Shown: positions 25,920 to 38,276 of the stretch, in pieces | How the letters are laid out: each line of letters begins with the position of its first letter | How positions within the stretch are numbered: position 1 is the first letter of the stretch | Source: Eledone cirrhosa | Taxonomy: Eukaryota | DNA: 64,000 nt | Assembly: GCA_964016885.1 (NCBI GenBank) | Contig: OZ024747.1 | Coordinates: forward strand, 12,586,001-12,650,000 | Direction of reading: 5' to 3' | The notes under the pieces: model-generated | What the model saw: the letters and a program-made list of their open reading frames with translations, nothing else | The model's database searches: none | Told to the model about the DNA's origin: nothing | Made by a program: the position numbers and the translations under genes

Positions 25920-26489
25920 GTATGTATAAGTTTATTTAAATGACTTTTACTCTCTCTCTCTCTCTCTCTCTCGCAACTATCTAGTAGAAAATATCTAAAA
26001 ATGGTCTGTGTTAATTCAAATGTTTATACTATCTTTACTAGTGGCCAGATCATTATGAAAATGTGCAGTCTTAGACTAAAGACCTTAATTTTTAATATAA
26101 TGCAGTCATACATTGATATGAACCCATAAGAAAAAGGGATGATATTGATAAATAAAAAATATATTTACCCTTGTTTAAGACACAGTACAAAACAACAATA
26201 CAAAGAATGAAAACCTGAAAATATTAAAATTAGAATTACTTCATCCTTTCATAACTGTATGAAAACCACTATATTTCAATTAATAAATGAAGAATCTTAG
26301 CTGGTCATGTTTGGGGATCCAGCCAGATCAGTTGGAGAGGGTTGCTTCTGACAGGACCTGCAGGAAGGAGTGTTTGAGGACTCTGCCACCACAACCCTCT
26401 CAGGAATAAGTGAGCGAAGAAGAGGAAGAAAGTTATTTTATTTAAACCCAAATAAAATCCTAATATCTTGTCATTTCATTTTTGTATAG

Positions 26490-26662
26490 GATCTGCTACC
26501 AGTAATGGTACCATGGTACGTTTATCTGCTACAAAAATAGCTGTAAACCTTGTACGAGAAAAAGGAATCTCTGGGCTTTACAAAGGTTGTGGAGCCACAA
26601 TGTTAAGGGATGTCACTTTCTCTGCAATCTACTTCCCATTGTTTGCTCATCTCAATGCATTG
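26490..26662 (+). CDS. SLC25A22: Glutamate carrier exon ([57 protein letters not shown])
   Basis: tatag/gtaagg boundaries; matches human [31 protein letters not shown]; visible in ORF 26468..26755. Confidence 0.94.
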
Positions 26663-28035
26663 GTAAGGAAATATACCTATCATTTCATTTATATCTTGTT
26701 TGTCATAGTCAGTACATTGCACAGTGATCTAATTTTTGTAAGAAAATATACCTAACACTTTCATTTATATCTTGTTTGTCATAGACAGTGCACAGTGATC
26801 TAATTTACTATGCTTAACCACTTGGTCACTTCCAATACTTTTCAACCATTCCTTATTGAAAATCTACTCACTGTGTAGGCAAAGAGCTAAATTTGACAGA
26901 TGATTTCATTCTATAAAAGGTTGGTTAGGAAGCCAAAAAAGGGTATTATAACAAGAAAACAGAAAATAGTGTTTAAGAACTGTAATAGAATTGTTTGGAA
27001 ACTAGATGAGGTGAATAAAACAGGTACCCAGTGAAAAATGGATAAAAACTAGAAGAGGCAATGAGATCATTTTAGAGTGTGTTCAATTTTGAGAAAAAGG
27101 TACAGTCTATTTGACAGGCTTCTAAACAATTTATGGTGGCTCAATTTCACTCACAATGCTTGCCTATGATATTGCTCAGGGAGATCAAACCTGGAACTCC
27201 TTGAGGGTGATGTGATCTTCTTAACCAATTGGCCATACCTGCATCCACAAATAGTAATGTTGAGGTATAGGGGTAGAGGCAAAATAGAACTTACAATTAA
27301 ATAGAAAGTTTTACCCGGCATGTATTGCTTAGGTTTTAACATTGAAACATCAATGAGCCAATTGGATTACAATCACAGGTGGGCTGAATCACTAGACAGG
27401 TGTGATTGTTATAAGTTTTGTAAGTAGGTTGAGTGTCAATAAATAATTGAACTGTTTCTAATTTTATTGAAAAAAAAAAAAATATTAAAAACCGGTTAGA
27501 CATTTTACTGTGAACCAGGCCCCAGTACAACACAGATTATTACAGTGTGAAATTAAAAGTATTGAGATGAAAGTGTAACAAACTTACCCACTTATTCATT
27601 GGCACTTCTCATGCTTTTTCTATGCTAGCATAGGTTTTCATGAGACTTTTTGAGGCAGGTTTTCTATGGCCAGGTGCCTTCCTGAGACTAACCTATACCA
27701 TTTGTATGTGTTGGACCTCTGTCAGTTCCAGTGATGAATGTTTCTCTTGTTTAATCAGTGGAGCAGTCTGCTCTTGAAATTAATGTGCAAGTGTCTGCAT
27801 TCCACAGACATATGTACCTTTAATGAAATTCTCAGGGAGATTCAATATGACATAGTGTGTAACAAGGCCAACTCTTTGAACCAAATATATAACTCATTTA
27901 CTCATTTTTGGATGCTAAATCATTAGAGGGTGTGAAAAAGTTAATTCACTAACAACAAATGTACTCACTCTGGCACTCATAGTTCCAGTCATAACAAATC
28001 TATACCTAACTATTTATATTTTCCCTCTTTCTTAG

Positions 28036-28138
28036 GGTAAAAGACGAGAAGGCAGTGACCAGGCTGTGTTTTATCATTCCTTTGTCTCTGGGTGTACAGC
28101 AGGCTGTGTGGCATCATTCAGTGTCAACCCTTTTGATG
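28036..28138 (+). CDS. SLC25A22: Glutamate carrier exon (GKRREGSDQAVFYHSFVSGCTAGCVASFSVNPFD)
   Basis: cttag/gtatgt boundaries; helix 5 and start of the third signature (NPFD). Confidence 0.92.
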
Positions 28139-29314
28139 GTATGTATTTCTTTCAAAGATTCCTTAGACACACACATACTCTCTCTCTCTCTCTGTTTAAC
28201 TCTTAATACCCTGCAACGATTTAGTAGAAAATATCTGAAAATGGTCTGTGTTAGTTCAAATGTTTATAGTATCTTTAAAAGTGAACAGATTATTGTGAAA
28301 ATGGGAAGTATTAGAGTAAAGACTATAATTTTTAATGTGATGCAATCATAATGTTGTCTGTACTTTTCAAGATTGTCTTGCTAATGCAGTTTCATGTGGT
28401 TTATTAATTCAAATGTTTATAGTATCTTTACTTGTGGACAGATTGTTGTAAAAATGTGAAGTATTAGAATAAAGACTATAATATTTAATGTGATGCAGTT
28501 GTGGATTCAGTTCTCAGTATGTTGAGTCCTTTAGACAGACTCTTATTTTTACATTGTTCCCATCCATTCAGCTGATAAAAATGACTTGTACCTGTAATTC
28601 AAAAGGCTGACCTTGTTGTATACTTTGTTATACTGAATCTTCCTGAGAGTTGTATTAAGGGTACATTCAAGGGTCGGCTGAAACGTTAATAAACTGACCA
28701 AGATACTCTCATGGAATGACCAAATGATTTTATTTTTCAATATAGTCCCTGGAAAGAAACAAGGCAGTTATTAATAAGAAGAGTTGGAATTAATGCATGC
28801 GAGATTTCACAGCTCTAGCATTACTCCTTCGTATAGTCAGCTTAGGAACTTTTCAGCCAACCCTTATATGCCTGTGAATACTCAGTTACTTGCGTATCAG
28901 TTTCATGAGAGGCTGTTCCATTGTTTGAACAACTGGAACATTCCTTATCTGAACCGATGGATGTCCAACATCTGTTAGTATTGAACAACTATGTTGCTAT
29001 TTAAATAACTTGAACTGTTAGACTGTTGTGTAAAATAGTAAATTTAAGTTAATGTTGAGAGAAAAACGACATATATGAATACATTTGATCATCATCATCA
29101 TCATTGTTTTACGTCCATTCTTCCACACTAGCATGGGTTAGACAGGTTGTCTTGTTGTGGGCAATGCCAGGTCAGGTGACCATGTCTTGCTCATACAGAA
29201 CTGACTTTGGCTTGATTTCTACAGCTGGATGCCCTTCCTAACACCAACCTCATTTACAGTGAGTACTGAGTGCTTTTTTACCGTGGCGCCTACATGATAT
29301 TTTTATCTTTCTAG

Positions 29315-29390
29315 TTGTGAAAACCCGGTTACAGACATTAACGAAGGGGCAAGGGGAAAAAGAATATTCAGGAATCGTTGATTGTTTTGG
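29315..29390 (+). CDS. SLC25A22: Glutamate carrier exon (VKTRLQTLTKGQGEKEYSGIVDCF)
   Basis: tctag/gtaaga boundaries; completes PFDVVKTRLQ. Confidence 0.93.
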
Positions 29391-30172
29391 GTAAGAAAAT
29401 TGTAATTTTTCATTTCATGAATCAAAATTTTGGGGAGAGGGTTTAATGTACTTGACTGCAGTCATAACTTCTAACTATATAATAGCCACTATATTGTGCC
29501 TCTCTGATAACTTCAAACTGTATAATAGCCACTGTTTTGTGCCTCACTGATACAGTCATAACTTCTAACTGTATAATAGTCATTGTATTGTGTCTCTCAG
29601 CAATGCAATGAATTCTACTTATCTTAATCTTTAGCATGCTAAAAAGTTTTATGAATTGCTTCCCTTGACACTGCATTATGTATTAAGGGTAGATCACTAT
29701 TTTGGTGACATCAGCACCTAGAGCATGTTAAAGGTTAATGTGTTTCAGTGATTTTGGAAGATTTTAATTTAAATAGGAACGTTTTAAAATGAGTGGTTTG
29801 GTTTTATGGAACCAGAACCAACTTTAGCTGGGTTAGTATAGTTAATTAATTGAAATAGAGTGTATTTCTTTAGAATTATACAATCAGCCTTTCATTCTGA
29901 GAGAGAAACCATTTGTGGTCAGCAGAGGTAGTAGCTCCCTGAACTTTTTCCACCTGGTTCTCACTAAAGTTTGGCTGGAATAGAAGGGGCAGGTCAGGGC
30001 TTGAAGTATTGGGGGTTTAAATGATGAAGGTAAAACAGAATTTAGCCAAAGAAAAATATCACATGTAAAGCTGGAAAAAAAAATAGTATTTTTTTGTAAA
30101 TTATATATAATGTATTGTAACACAGAGGTAGCTTTGTTTATTAATTCTCATAATCTTTATCATCTTCATTGT

Positions 30173-30567
30173 TTAACCCTTTAGCATTTACATTACTATA
30201 TATTTACTATTGTATTTTCACAGTAAAGGCTTTATCTTATATAATATCTCACATAGCCACTGAATTTACTGTAGAATTCACTGCATTGCTGAGAGACACA
30301 ATACAATGACTATTATACAGTGAGAAGTTATGACTATCATACAGTGAGAAGTTATGACTATCATACAGTGAGAAGTTATGATTATCATACAGTTAGAAGT
30401 TATGACTATCATACAGTGAGAAGTTATGACTGTTGTATCTATAAGGTTTTGATATTATTTATTTTGAGAACAATACCTTAACATCAGTATGAGTTACAGC
30501 CAGTTTGAACAGGAAGAAAAGAGAGAATTCTGGCCGGATATGGCCAGTTTAAATGCTAAAGGGTTAA
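30173..30567. mobile_element. MITE copy with an internal insertion, opposite orientation
   Basis: TTAA-flanked TIRs; interrupted at ~30255-30435 by a short tandem repeat. Confidence 0.83.
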
Positions 30568-30861
30568 AGCCCACTTTCCTTGTTAGCAAAGATTGGACTA
30601 ATACATTATCTGTAAAGTCTCAAATTGATATATTTTTTAAAAAATAGTATTTTTTTGTAAATTATATATAAAGTATTGGAACACAGAGGTAGCTTTGTTT
30701 ATTAGTTATCATCTTTATCTTCATTGTTTAACCCTTTAGCATTTATATTACTATGTATTTACTAAAATACTTTTTTTTATTTATTTATTCTGTTCTGAAA
30801 AATACTTATCTTTTCATTAAAAGACATTTATAAACTAAATGTATCGATATTTCTTTTTCAG

Positions 30862-31006
30862 AAAAATTATACAACATGAAGGTCCGAAAGCTTTTCTGAA
30901 AGGAGCCTTGTGTCGAATTTTAGTTATAGCGCCTTTATTTGGTATAGCACAGACAGTGTATTATTTAGGAGTTGCAGAATTTTTACTTGGATCAAAGAAA
31001 CTTTAA
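30862..31006 (+). CDS. SLC25A22: Glutamate carrier terminal coding exon ([47 protein letters not shown])
   Basis: ttcag acceptor; TAA at 31004-31006; matches human [34 protein letters not shown]. The eight exons total 898 nt in one frame. Confidence 0.94.
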
Positions 31007-31443
31007 GATTATTTTTTACTCTAAGCTGGATAACAGTATATATCATGGTATGCTATCATCTAACATAATTTTAGATATATGTTTATAGAAAGTGTTATAT
31101 TGTTATATTGATATCATCAAAGTATCTACAATTAACATACAATATTTTTAGCAGATATTTAATAATTAAATAGAAATATTTTCATAACTTGAAATGTAAA
31201 TAACATTAACTTGCAAGTCTCAGGGACTCATATATATATATAGATAGATATAGATATAGATAGATATATACAGGATGTTTAAAAAAATTGAATACATATG
31301 TGCTGTTGAAGTGTGTATATATTTTGGGGAGGATACCCTGTGTATATATATAGCCTTAAGCAGAGTAAGCTTTTATTCACTGAAATTAACATCTACTATA
31401 TATGTAGCTTTGAAGCATTTGAGAATATAGAATTAAGGTAAAG

Positions 31444-31665
31444 GATGATGTGTTCATGTGCAGAGATGCTATAAAATAGCTTGTAAAATAAACTGAAGAC
31501 TCTTAAAAGAAGTTACCACTAGTCACTATGAGACACTAAACTTCTGGGAGATATCAAGTTCAATTGCTCATAGCAGCTGATGGCAACTTCTTTTTCCATC
31601 GTTTAAGGGTCTTCATCCTATTTTACAAGCTATTTTATAACATCTCTGCACATGAACACATTATC
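31444..31665. repeat. Long imperfect inverted repeat (~220 nt)
   Basis: atgtgttcatgtgcagagatgctataaaatagcttgtaaaata pairs with tattttacaagctattttataacatctctgcacatgaacacat; pairing continues inward. Confidence 0.9.
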
Positions 31666-31982
31666 TACTATATATCTTATTAACTTAGGATATATCTGTT
31701 GTAACTGCCTTGACAAAAATAGACTTCTTTGTATGAATTTTGTTTTTTTAATAAGTGTTATATGAAAGCCAGAGCGATTTATACTTTCTATACTAGTGTC
31801 TATTTGACAAAAGATTTTTAACTTAATACAGTTTATCTATTACTTTGTCAAACCCGAGAAGACCTTTTTAGAGGCAGCCTTTACTCGCCTCATTGTAGCT
31901 ATGTCAGTGGGTTGTGAGAGTTTTCTTTGGAGCTACAGGTGTAGTCCTAACACAGCAATGATGATAGTAACTATTTCACCCC

Positions 31983-32013
<31 letters not shown>

Positions 32014-32020
32014 GTGTGTT

Positions 32021-32070
<50 letters not shown>

Positions 32071-32899
32071 TATATAAAAGTATTGGAAGGAAATCAACCA
32101 ACTTTCCTTAAAGGCATGAGATAAACATTGAGCAATTGCCTCTTTCTGTGGCTGCCAATTACAACCTATATGTCTGTCTCTATTGTCTTTTGAGATTTGA
32201 TGGCATACTTCCACTTTTGATATTTATATATATATATATATATTATAAAACTATCTACTTCTTAAGTTAATTTTGTAGGAATCTACATTGAAAGTATTTT
32301 GCTGTATATAAAAGAAACATGTTTTTTAAAAAAAGAAACTTCCTTTGTGATATTAAAGGAATGAATTGAGCTAACTTTCTGCCCTTCATTTATTTCTAGA
32401 TGTGAAGCCAACAAAATGGGTGGGAAAGATAAAAGTTAAAGGTGCTACACTTTGTTTCTGCACTTTAAAGTTTATGTTTCCTTTTACCTTACCCAGGTAT
32501 GAAAATATTCCTTTAAGAGATTCTTAATTACAAAACGTTGAAACTGTGATAAAAAGTTTACCAAAGAAAAATTAATCTAGTTTTTTTTAATTTATCATTT
32601 TTAGCATACATTTTCACCGAAACTCCAATTTGAAATTTGTTGAATATAATGATAAAATGTTTACCCTTATATAATGTTTCTTTTTAAGCTAGTCACCAAA
32701 AACTATTAGTATCTTTTTTAATAAAAAAATATCCTAGGCTGAGACTGTCTTTGAACACATGGTATGGGGGCTTGTATCAGATCGGGAATATTGTCTGTCA
32801 CCACTTTAACCTAAACCTTATATACTAATCTGTCTAGTGCATATCTGCTTCAATCCTCAAACTCTTGTGCTTTCTTAGTTAAGTTACAGTGTGCTACTA

Positions 32900-34350
32900 C
32901 ACCAATTTTATTCACAGTTGATAGGGTAAAAGGCAATGAGTTAGACACTGCTGTCCAGTGGTAAATGGTTAGTAATGTATTGTCTAATGGGTGCCAAACA
33001 TAACAGCATCATCCTGCATACACCAGATTCCAAAGTCCTCAACTCCATAGACCAGACTGACATTGCAGATTTCCTTGTTGGTAAAATTCACTCAGTCCTT
33101 GTCATGAGTTCTGTCCACAGGGAATGATGTTGATAGTACCAACATTGATGTGCTGTAAGGGTTCTTCTCTCCCCAGGATGTTATTACTATTTCAGTCTTG
33201 TATTGGCCTGAACTTGAGAACATGAAGGGCAATACTTAGCTGTTGTAGTCTTCAGAACAGATTGTATGTATATCAAGTATATTTGAACCAAAAGGCAGCT
33301 AAGTTTTGGGACCATGTGGTCTCATAGAGCTGAAAAGACCACAGATTGCATGAATGTGGTGGTAATTAGTACCATGCTGTAGTCCACTTGGCTCTGACTG
33401 TTGCTTGTCCATTTTTACATAAAGCTGACCATTTGGAACATCATTATGCTGGGTTATAAACATTTTCCTGGCCACAACTCAAGGAATGTATAGTGCATTG
33501 GCAGTGTAGTTTAAGCTTAACCTTTGTCAAATTATGCCAAAGGTACATGCCAGGTCTTGAAAGTCTCTTGTCTCTGATGTGAAATAGTTGTTACTCAGCT
33601 TGTGTATTTTGGGAAGAGAGTAGGCATTATCAAGCCAATGACATCCAAGTACCACAACTGCAACAGATTGCAGTTGCATAGCTGCAAATACAGCATTATA
33701 GCAGGAAGAAGTCTGTATACAGTGATCACCCACCCAATATACCCCTCTTCATATTGCAGCTTATCCTACCTCATCATTATCACATACCCCCATCAGATTA
33801 CAAGTCTCTTCCAGCTTGGAAAACCTGTTATGCACAGATACTACATAAGATGATGTAGAATCTGAGCAGGTCTGATACTGGTCAACAGGAACCAGACACT
33901 TCATAGTTTCCGTATTTGCATAACCCACTGGAAGAAATGAACCACCTCAGGCAAAGCACACTATCTTATTCTATAGGCTGATAGTTCACACCATCTTATT
34001 CTATAGGCTACTTTTGTATCCAACTTAAATAAGGCTAACAGTTCACCTCTTCCATCTGGTCAAGACCTTATTGGAAATAATACAGTTATAGCAGATCTAT
34101 ACATTGACTACTCAGATGTAATCCTATTTGTTGTGTGAACCAAATATGATCTCTCCTTCCCTCTCCAATAAATTGCTCCTGAAGTTGGAGGTGGATCTTC
34201 TCTGGACCATCTCCAGACATACTCTGTTCATTTGACTCAGGGTTCATATCAATTAAGATGATTGTATTCCAGAGAGTCTTGTGCTAGGGTGTCTGTACCA
34301 TACGTGACCAAAGAACTTCCTAATAACTCCATTTTTTTGCATGATTCCTC
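32900..34350 (-). mobile_element. Possible highly decayed LINE remnant within the presumed 3' UTR
   Basis: Abrupt GC increase relative to flanks; faint FKYL-like residues on the minus strand near 33280; no open frame. Confidence 0.3.
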
Positions 34351-35309
34351 TTGCCAGAATATGTCCCTCTATAAAATTTCATGTCACTAAGAAAAATTAA
34401 CAGCGTTTATTTTTAATTTAGCCATTATATAAAACGTGATTAAAAACTTAAAAGCAGTGTATATGGGATTTGTAATGTGCTCTTAAGGGCGAAACACTGC
34501 TCTTTTTGGGGAAGAAACTATACTTTGATAGGATAAGCATGTAAATGTATGATTATCTTTCCTAAATATAGCAGTGGTTGGAAATATACATAATTATTCT
34601 CCCTCTATATTAGAATGAAATTTCTTCAAAGGGAGGTTACTGATGTATCTATCAGTATAAGTTGTTTTTGCTTGATAAATTTTGGAAATGCAAGGGTTTA
34701 CATGGGCCACGGATAAATTCAAAAGAATAAAGCTGTGGATGAAGGAGGTGAATTTTGGAAATTATGAAGTGAACAAATTCTAGGAATATAGCTTTTGGGA
34801 GGTTTATCAAGTTGAGTTAACTGTTTCTTGGATCAAACATGTTATTCAGTTGTCATTGTAGTTTCTGATTTCTATAAAATTTAAAATCCAATCCTTACAT
34901 ATGTTTGTTTTACCAGCATGATCATCTGCTGGTTTTATGAGGATTAAAAAAGGCAAACAGAGAGATGTAATTTATATATTATATAATATATATGCTTATT
35001 TAATGTTTTTGTTGTATAGAAAGTACGAATTGTTCTGGAATTGTAAGTTAATGACATGTAACTGTAAACCAGGTATTTTGTGACATTTTCAGCGGCAGTT
35101 ATTACAGACTACTTATGTTATATATATATATATATATATATCCTTTCTAATCTAGCTCTTTTATTAGTGAAGTTAGAATAGTATTGGTGAAACTGAACCT
35201 TCAATGACTGTCTATTAGCCAGTTTCCGTTTTCTTACTTACTCTATCATGTTGAAATGAAGGCATAATGTTGAGTTTGTTGAATAAAATAGACTAATGAT
35301 AAATATTGG

Positions 35310-35670
35310 AAAATAGTGTATTTTTAGGGGGCTACAGCAATGCAAGTAGGATATTGAATGTTAGAAATAACAATAATAAAGTTACAAATAAACATTGTCG
35401 CCTTGGACAAAGCATGAATGTATTTGAAATTTATAGAAATAATTTGAAACTTGAACGCAAGAATAGCTGTTAAAACAGCCAAATGCTAAAATTGACAACA
35501 TTTGACTGTTTTTACTGTTATTCTTCCATTCGACTTTTCAAATTATTTTTATGAATTTCAGTAACAAATTTGTTGGAGGTTTTTTTAATATTCCAACAAC
35601 TTTATCATTATTTTAATCCATTTAATGTCATTTGCATTGATGTAACTCTCTAAAAAAAACACTAATTTTT
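35310..35670. repeat. Long degenerate inverted repeat (~360 nt)
   Basis: tgaaatttatagaaataatttgaaa pairs with tttcaaattatttttatgaatttca; outer arms also pair (tagtgt..ctacagcaatgcaa / ttgcattgatgtaac..acacta). Confidence 0.8.
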
Positions 35671-36571
35671 ACACTTTCCAAAATGCTTCAAGCAAACTAC
35701 AATAGCCTTTTAAATATTGGATTATATGATTTAAAAATAGATCTATTCATAGAAAAGATTCATTAAGAATAAATCAAGATAAAAAAAAATTAGTATGTTA
35801 AACCATGACATAATTTGTATAATATCCAGTTTTGACAACAATAATCTTTGTTATGGTGTTTAGTTATTTCTAGTATGTAGTGATATTTTGAATGGAAGTA
35901 TGTTTGTTGTAAATAATTCATTAAAAAATCAATTAAAAATAACAGCAAAAATTAATAAGTTGTATTTAAAACTTAATTTCCTTTTCATCTTATTTGTTTT
36001 CTTTTCCTTTCCCTGCTTCTAATATAAAATTTTAACAGCTCACTTTAAATATCTGTTCTATATTTCATGTACTATTAATAACGTACCATATCAGCAATAG
36101 AACTGATATAAACTGCTATCTTAGTTGTATTCTGTTTACAGACATTTTTGTTGAAATTTAAAATTACAATCTGGGAAAAAAAATAATAATTTGCTCAATT
36201 TCAGACAAACCTCAGTTCCAACAAAAAAATATTTTAGAATTTATCCATCCTGGTTAATTTGGTATCTGTTGTGAATTGCGTCCCTTTAATAGGTAACCAT
36301 TTCAATTTATTTTTATCTGTTAGAACATTTTGGCAAAATTAATTTAGAATTGTTTGTGCAAAACAAAAAAAATCTTTTCATTGTGTTTGTAAATGTTCAT
36401 TTGATTTTTTTTTTTTTTTTTTTTTTTTTAATCATTTTTAAATTTAAAATATTGTGTATTTAAGCCAATTTAATTCTTTTAGAAATGTGGAATCTATCCA
36501 CATCTTCTCTTACTGAAATGGCATAGCTTTACACTAAACTAAAGTAGTCATTGAAAGCTGGTTGAAATAAT

Positions 36572-36752
36572 TGTTTCTACTTTAGGCACAAGGCCAGCAA
36601 CTACCCAGTGCCTCACTGGTACTTTATTTTATCGACCCCGTAAGGATGAAAGGCAAAGTCAACCTCGGCGGGATTTGAACTCAGATCGTAAAGGGACGTA
36701 ACTATGCTAGAAAGCATGGCGTCCGACCCTCTACCGATACTACCAATCCACC
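36572..36752 (-). mobile_element. tRNA-derived SINE family B with 11-bp target-site duplication
   Basis: TSD gttgaaataat at 36561 and 36753; A box tggtagtatcgg, B box gagttcaaatcc, body gactttgcctttcatcc. Confidence 0.88.
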
Positions 36753-37718
36753 GTTGAAATAATGCACCTAATATATAAACTCACCCACACATTATTCAGA
36801 AATATACATAATTTTTAGAAGATAACTTTCATAACAATTTTAACATAAGACTTTGATTATTATAAGTTTAAGTTATACTTGAGAAATGTTTTAAACATTT
36901 TTTTAAAAAATATATTTAACATTTCTTTATATCCTCTTTTAAAATATAGCGTTCAGGTTTTAAGTAAATAATTTTAAAGCTAAATATATCTGAATTAAAA
37001 AAAAAACACCGTTTGTGGGATAGCAAAAGAGATAGGTTACTTTTGAGATACTATTAATATTATAGGCACTGTATCTATTTCTTTCTAATGATCTACAAAA
37101 TGAGAATTGGTTACTTTATGGAATTGTTAAATAAATTCACATCTCAAATATACTTTAACAGTATAGAAAAATTCTGATCTGGATGGTACAAAGCCATATT
37201 TAATAGTTTTCAAGAAATAAGAAAATATATATGAAGTGTGAACTTGTTTTTCTATTGTGGAAGAGAGTGAAAGGAGAATAAAGGTATGAAAAAATATTAA
37301 GTCTTTCATTTGTTGAAAAAAAAAAAAAAAAAAAAAAATTTTTTATTGTTGATTTTTTTTTTTTTTTTTCTTTTAATTGTTAAAATTATTTAAATATAAT
37401 TTCTTTTACACCTCAAAACACACTGGCATCATCGTCATCATATCTATTTATATTAAAATTCCCGCAAACAATACAACTTTATGATTTATTCAATGTACAA
37501 GTTTTGATCACTGTTGTATTTAAATTCAATTCAATATTTTTATGGATTTTTTTTTTTGTGATATTCTTTTTTTTTTCAACTTCTTTTTCATTTCTTTGTA
37601 AATTAAATTTGTATATATTTTCTTCCCTTTACATACTGGATTATATTTAAATAAGAATATTTTTTTGTTGTTTTTTTTTTTTGTTTTATAAAGTATATTT
37701 ATTTACTTTATTTTGCGA

Positions 37719-37790
37719 AATAAAATATTCTGATGTCAAATCAAGAAACATAATATCCAGAATACTTTTTTTTTTTTTTTTTTTTTTTAT
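37719..37790 (+). terminator. Candidate distal polyadenylation signal of the carrier gene
   Basis: AATAAA at 37719-37724 followed by a long T tract, ending a very U-rich stretch. Other AATAAA sites exist (e.g. 32720, 35282). Confidence 0.35.
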
Positions 37791-38276
37791 CCTTAATTCA
37801 TTAATTTTAAGTCATTTTGCTGAATTTTGTTTGGGCCCCTCTATGAAATCTGCTCAACTATGTTTAGTTAAGCAACTTATTTCATAGGATCTCATCATAG
37901 AAAACAATGGAGTCATAATATTTTGGTTTATTTCCAAACAGGAAATAAATCTGTTGTGTCTTGGTTCCATTTTCAGTGGCAGCTATTACAGACTACTAAT
38001 TTTCTATATATTCTTAGATGGGTCATATATTTTGTTACTCTTGATTATTTTTTCAAAAACATACGGTTTGGTGAAATGATTCAGTGATCAATAGCATATA
38101 ATAAATCTAGCTTCAAGCTCATTAACCCTTTTAAGAACAGGTATATTGATACCATAGTATTTTTTTAAGGGGTGGTGGAACAGCTAAATTTCATAAGCAC
38201 ATTTATTTACAATGAATGGCTTAGTTAGTACATCAATCTGTTATTACAATCAAAGAGGTAATGGCTGAGTATGTCT

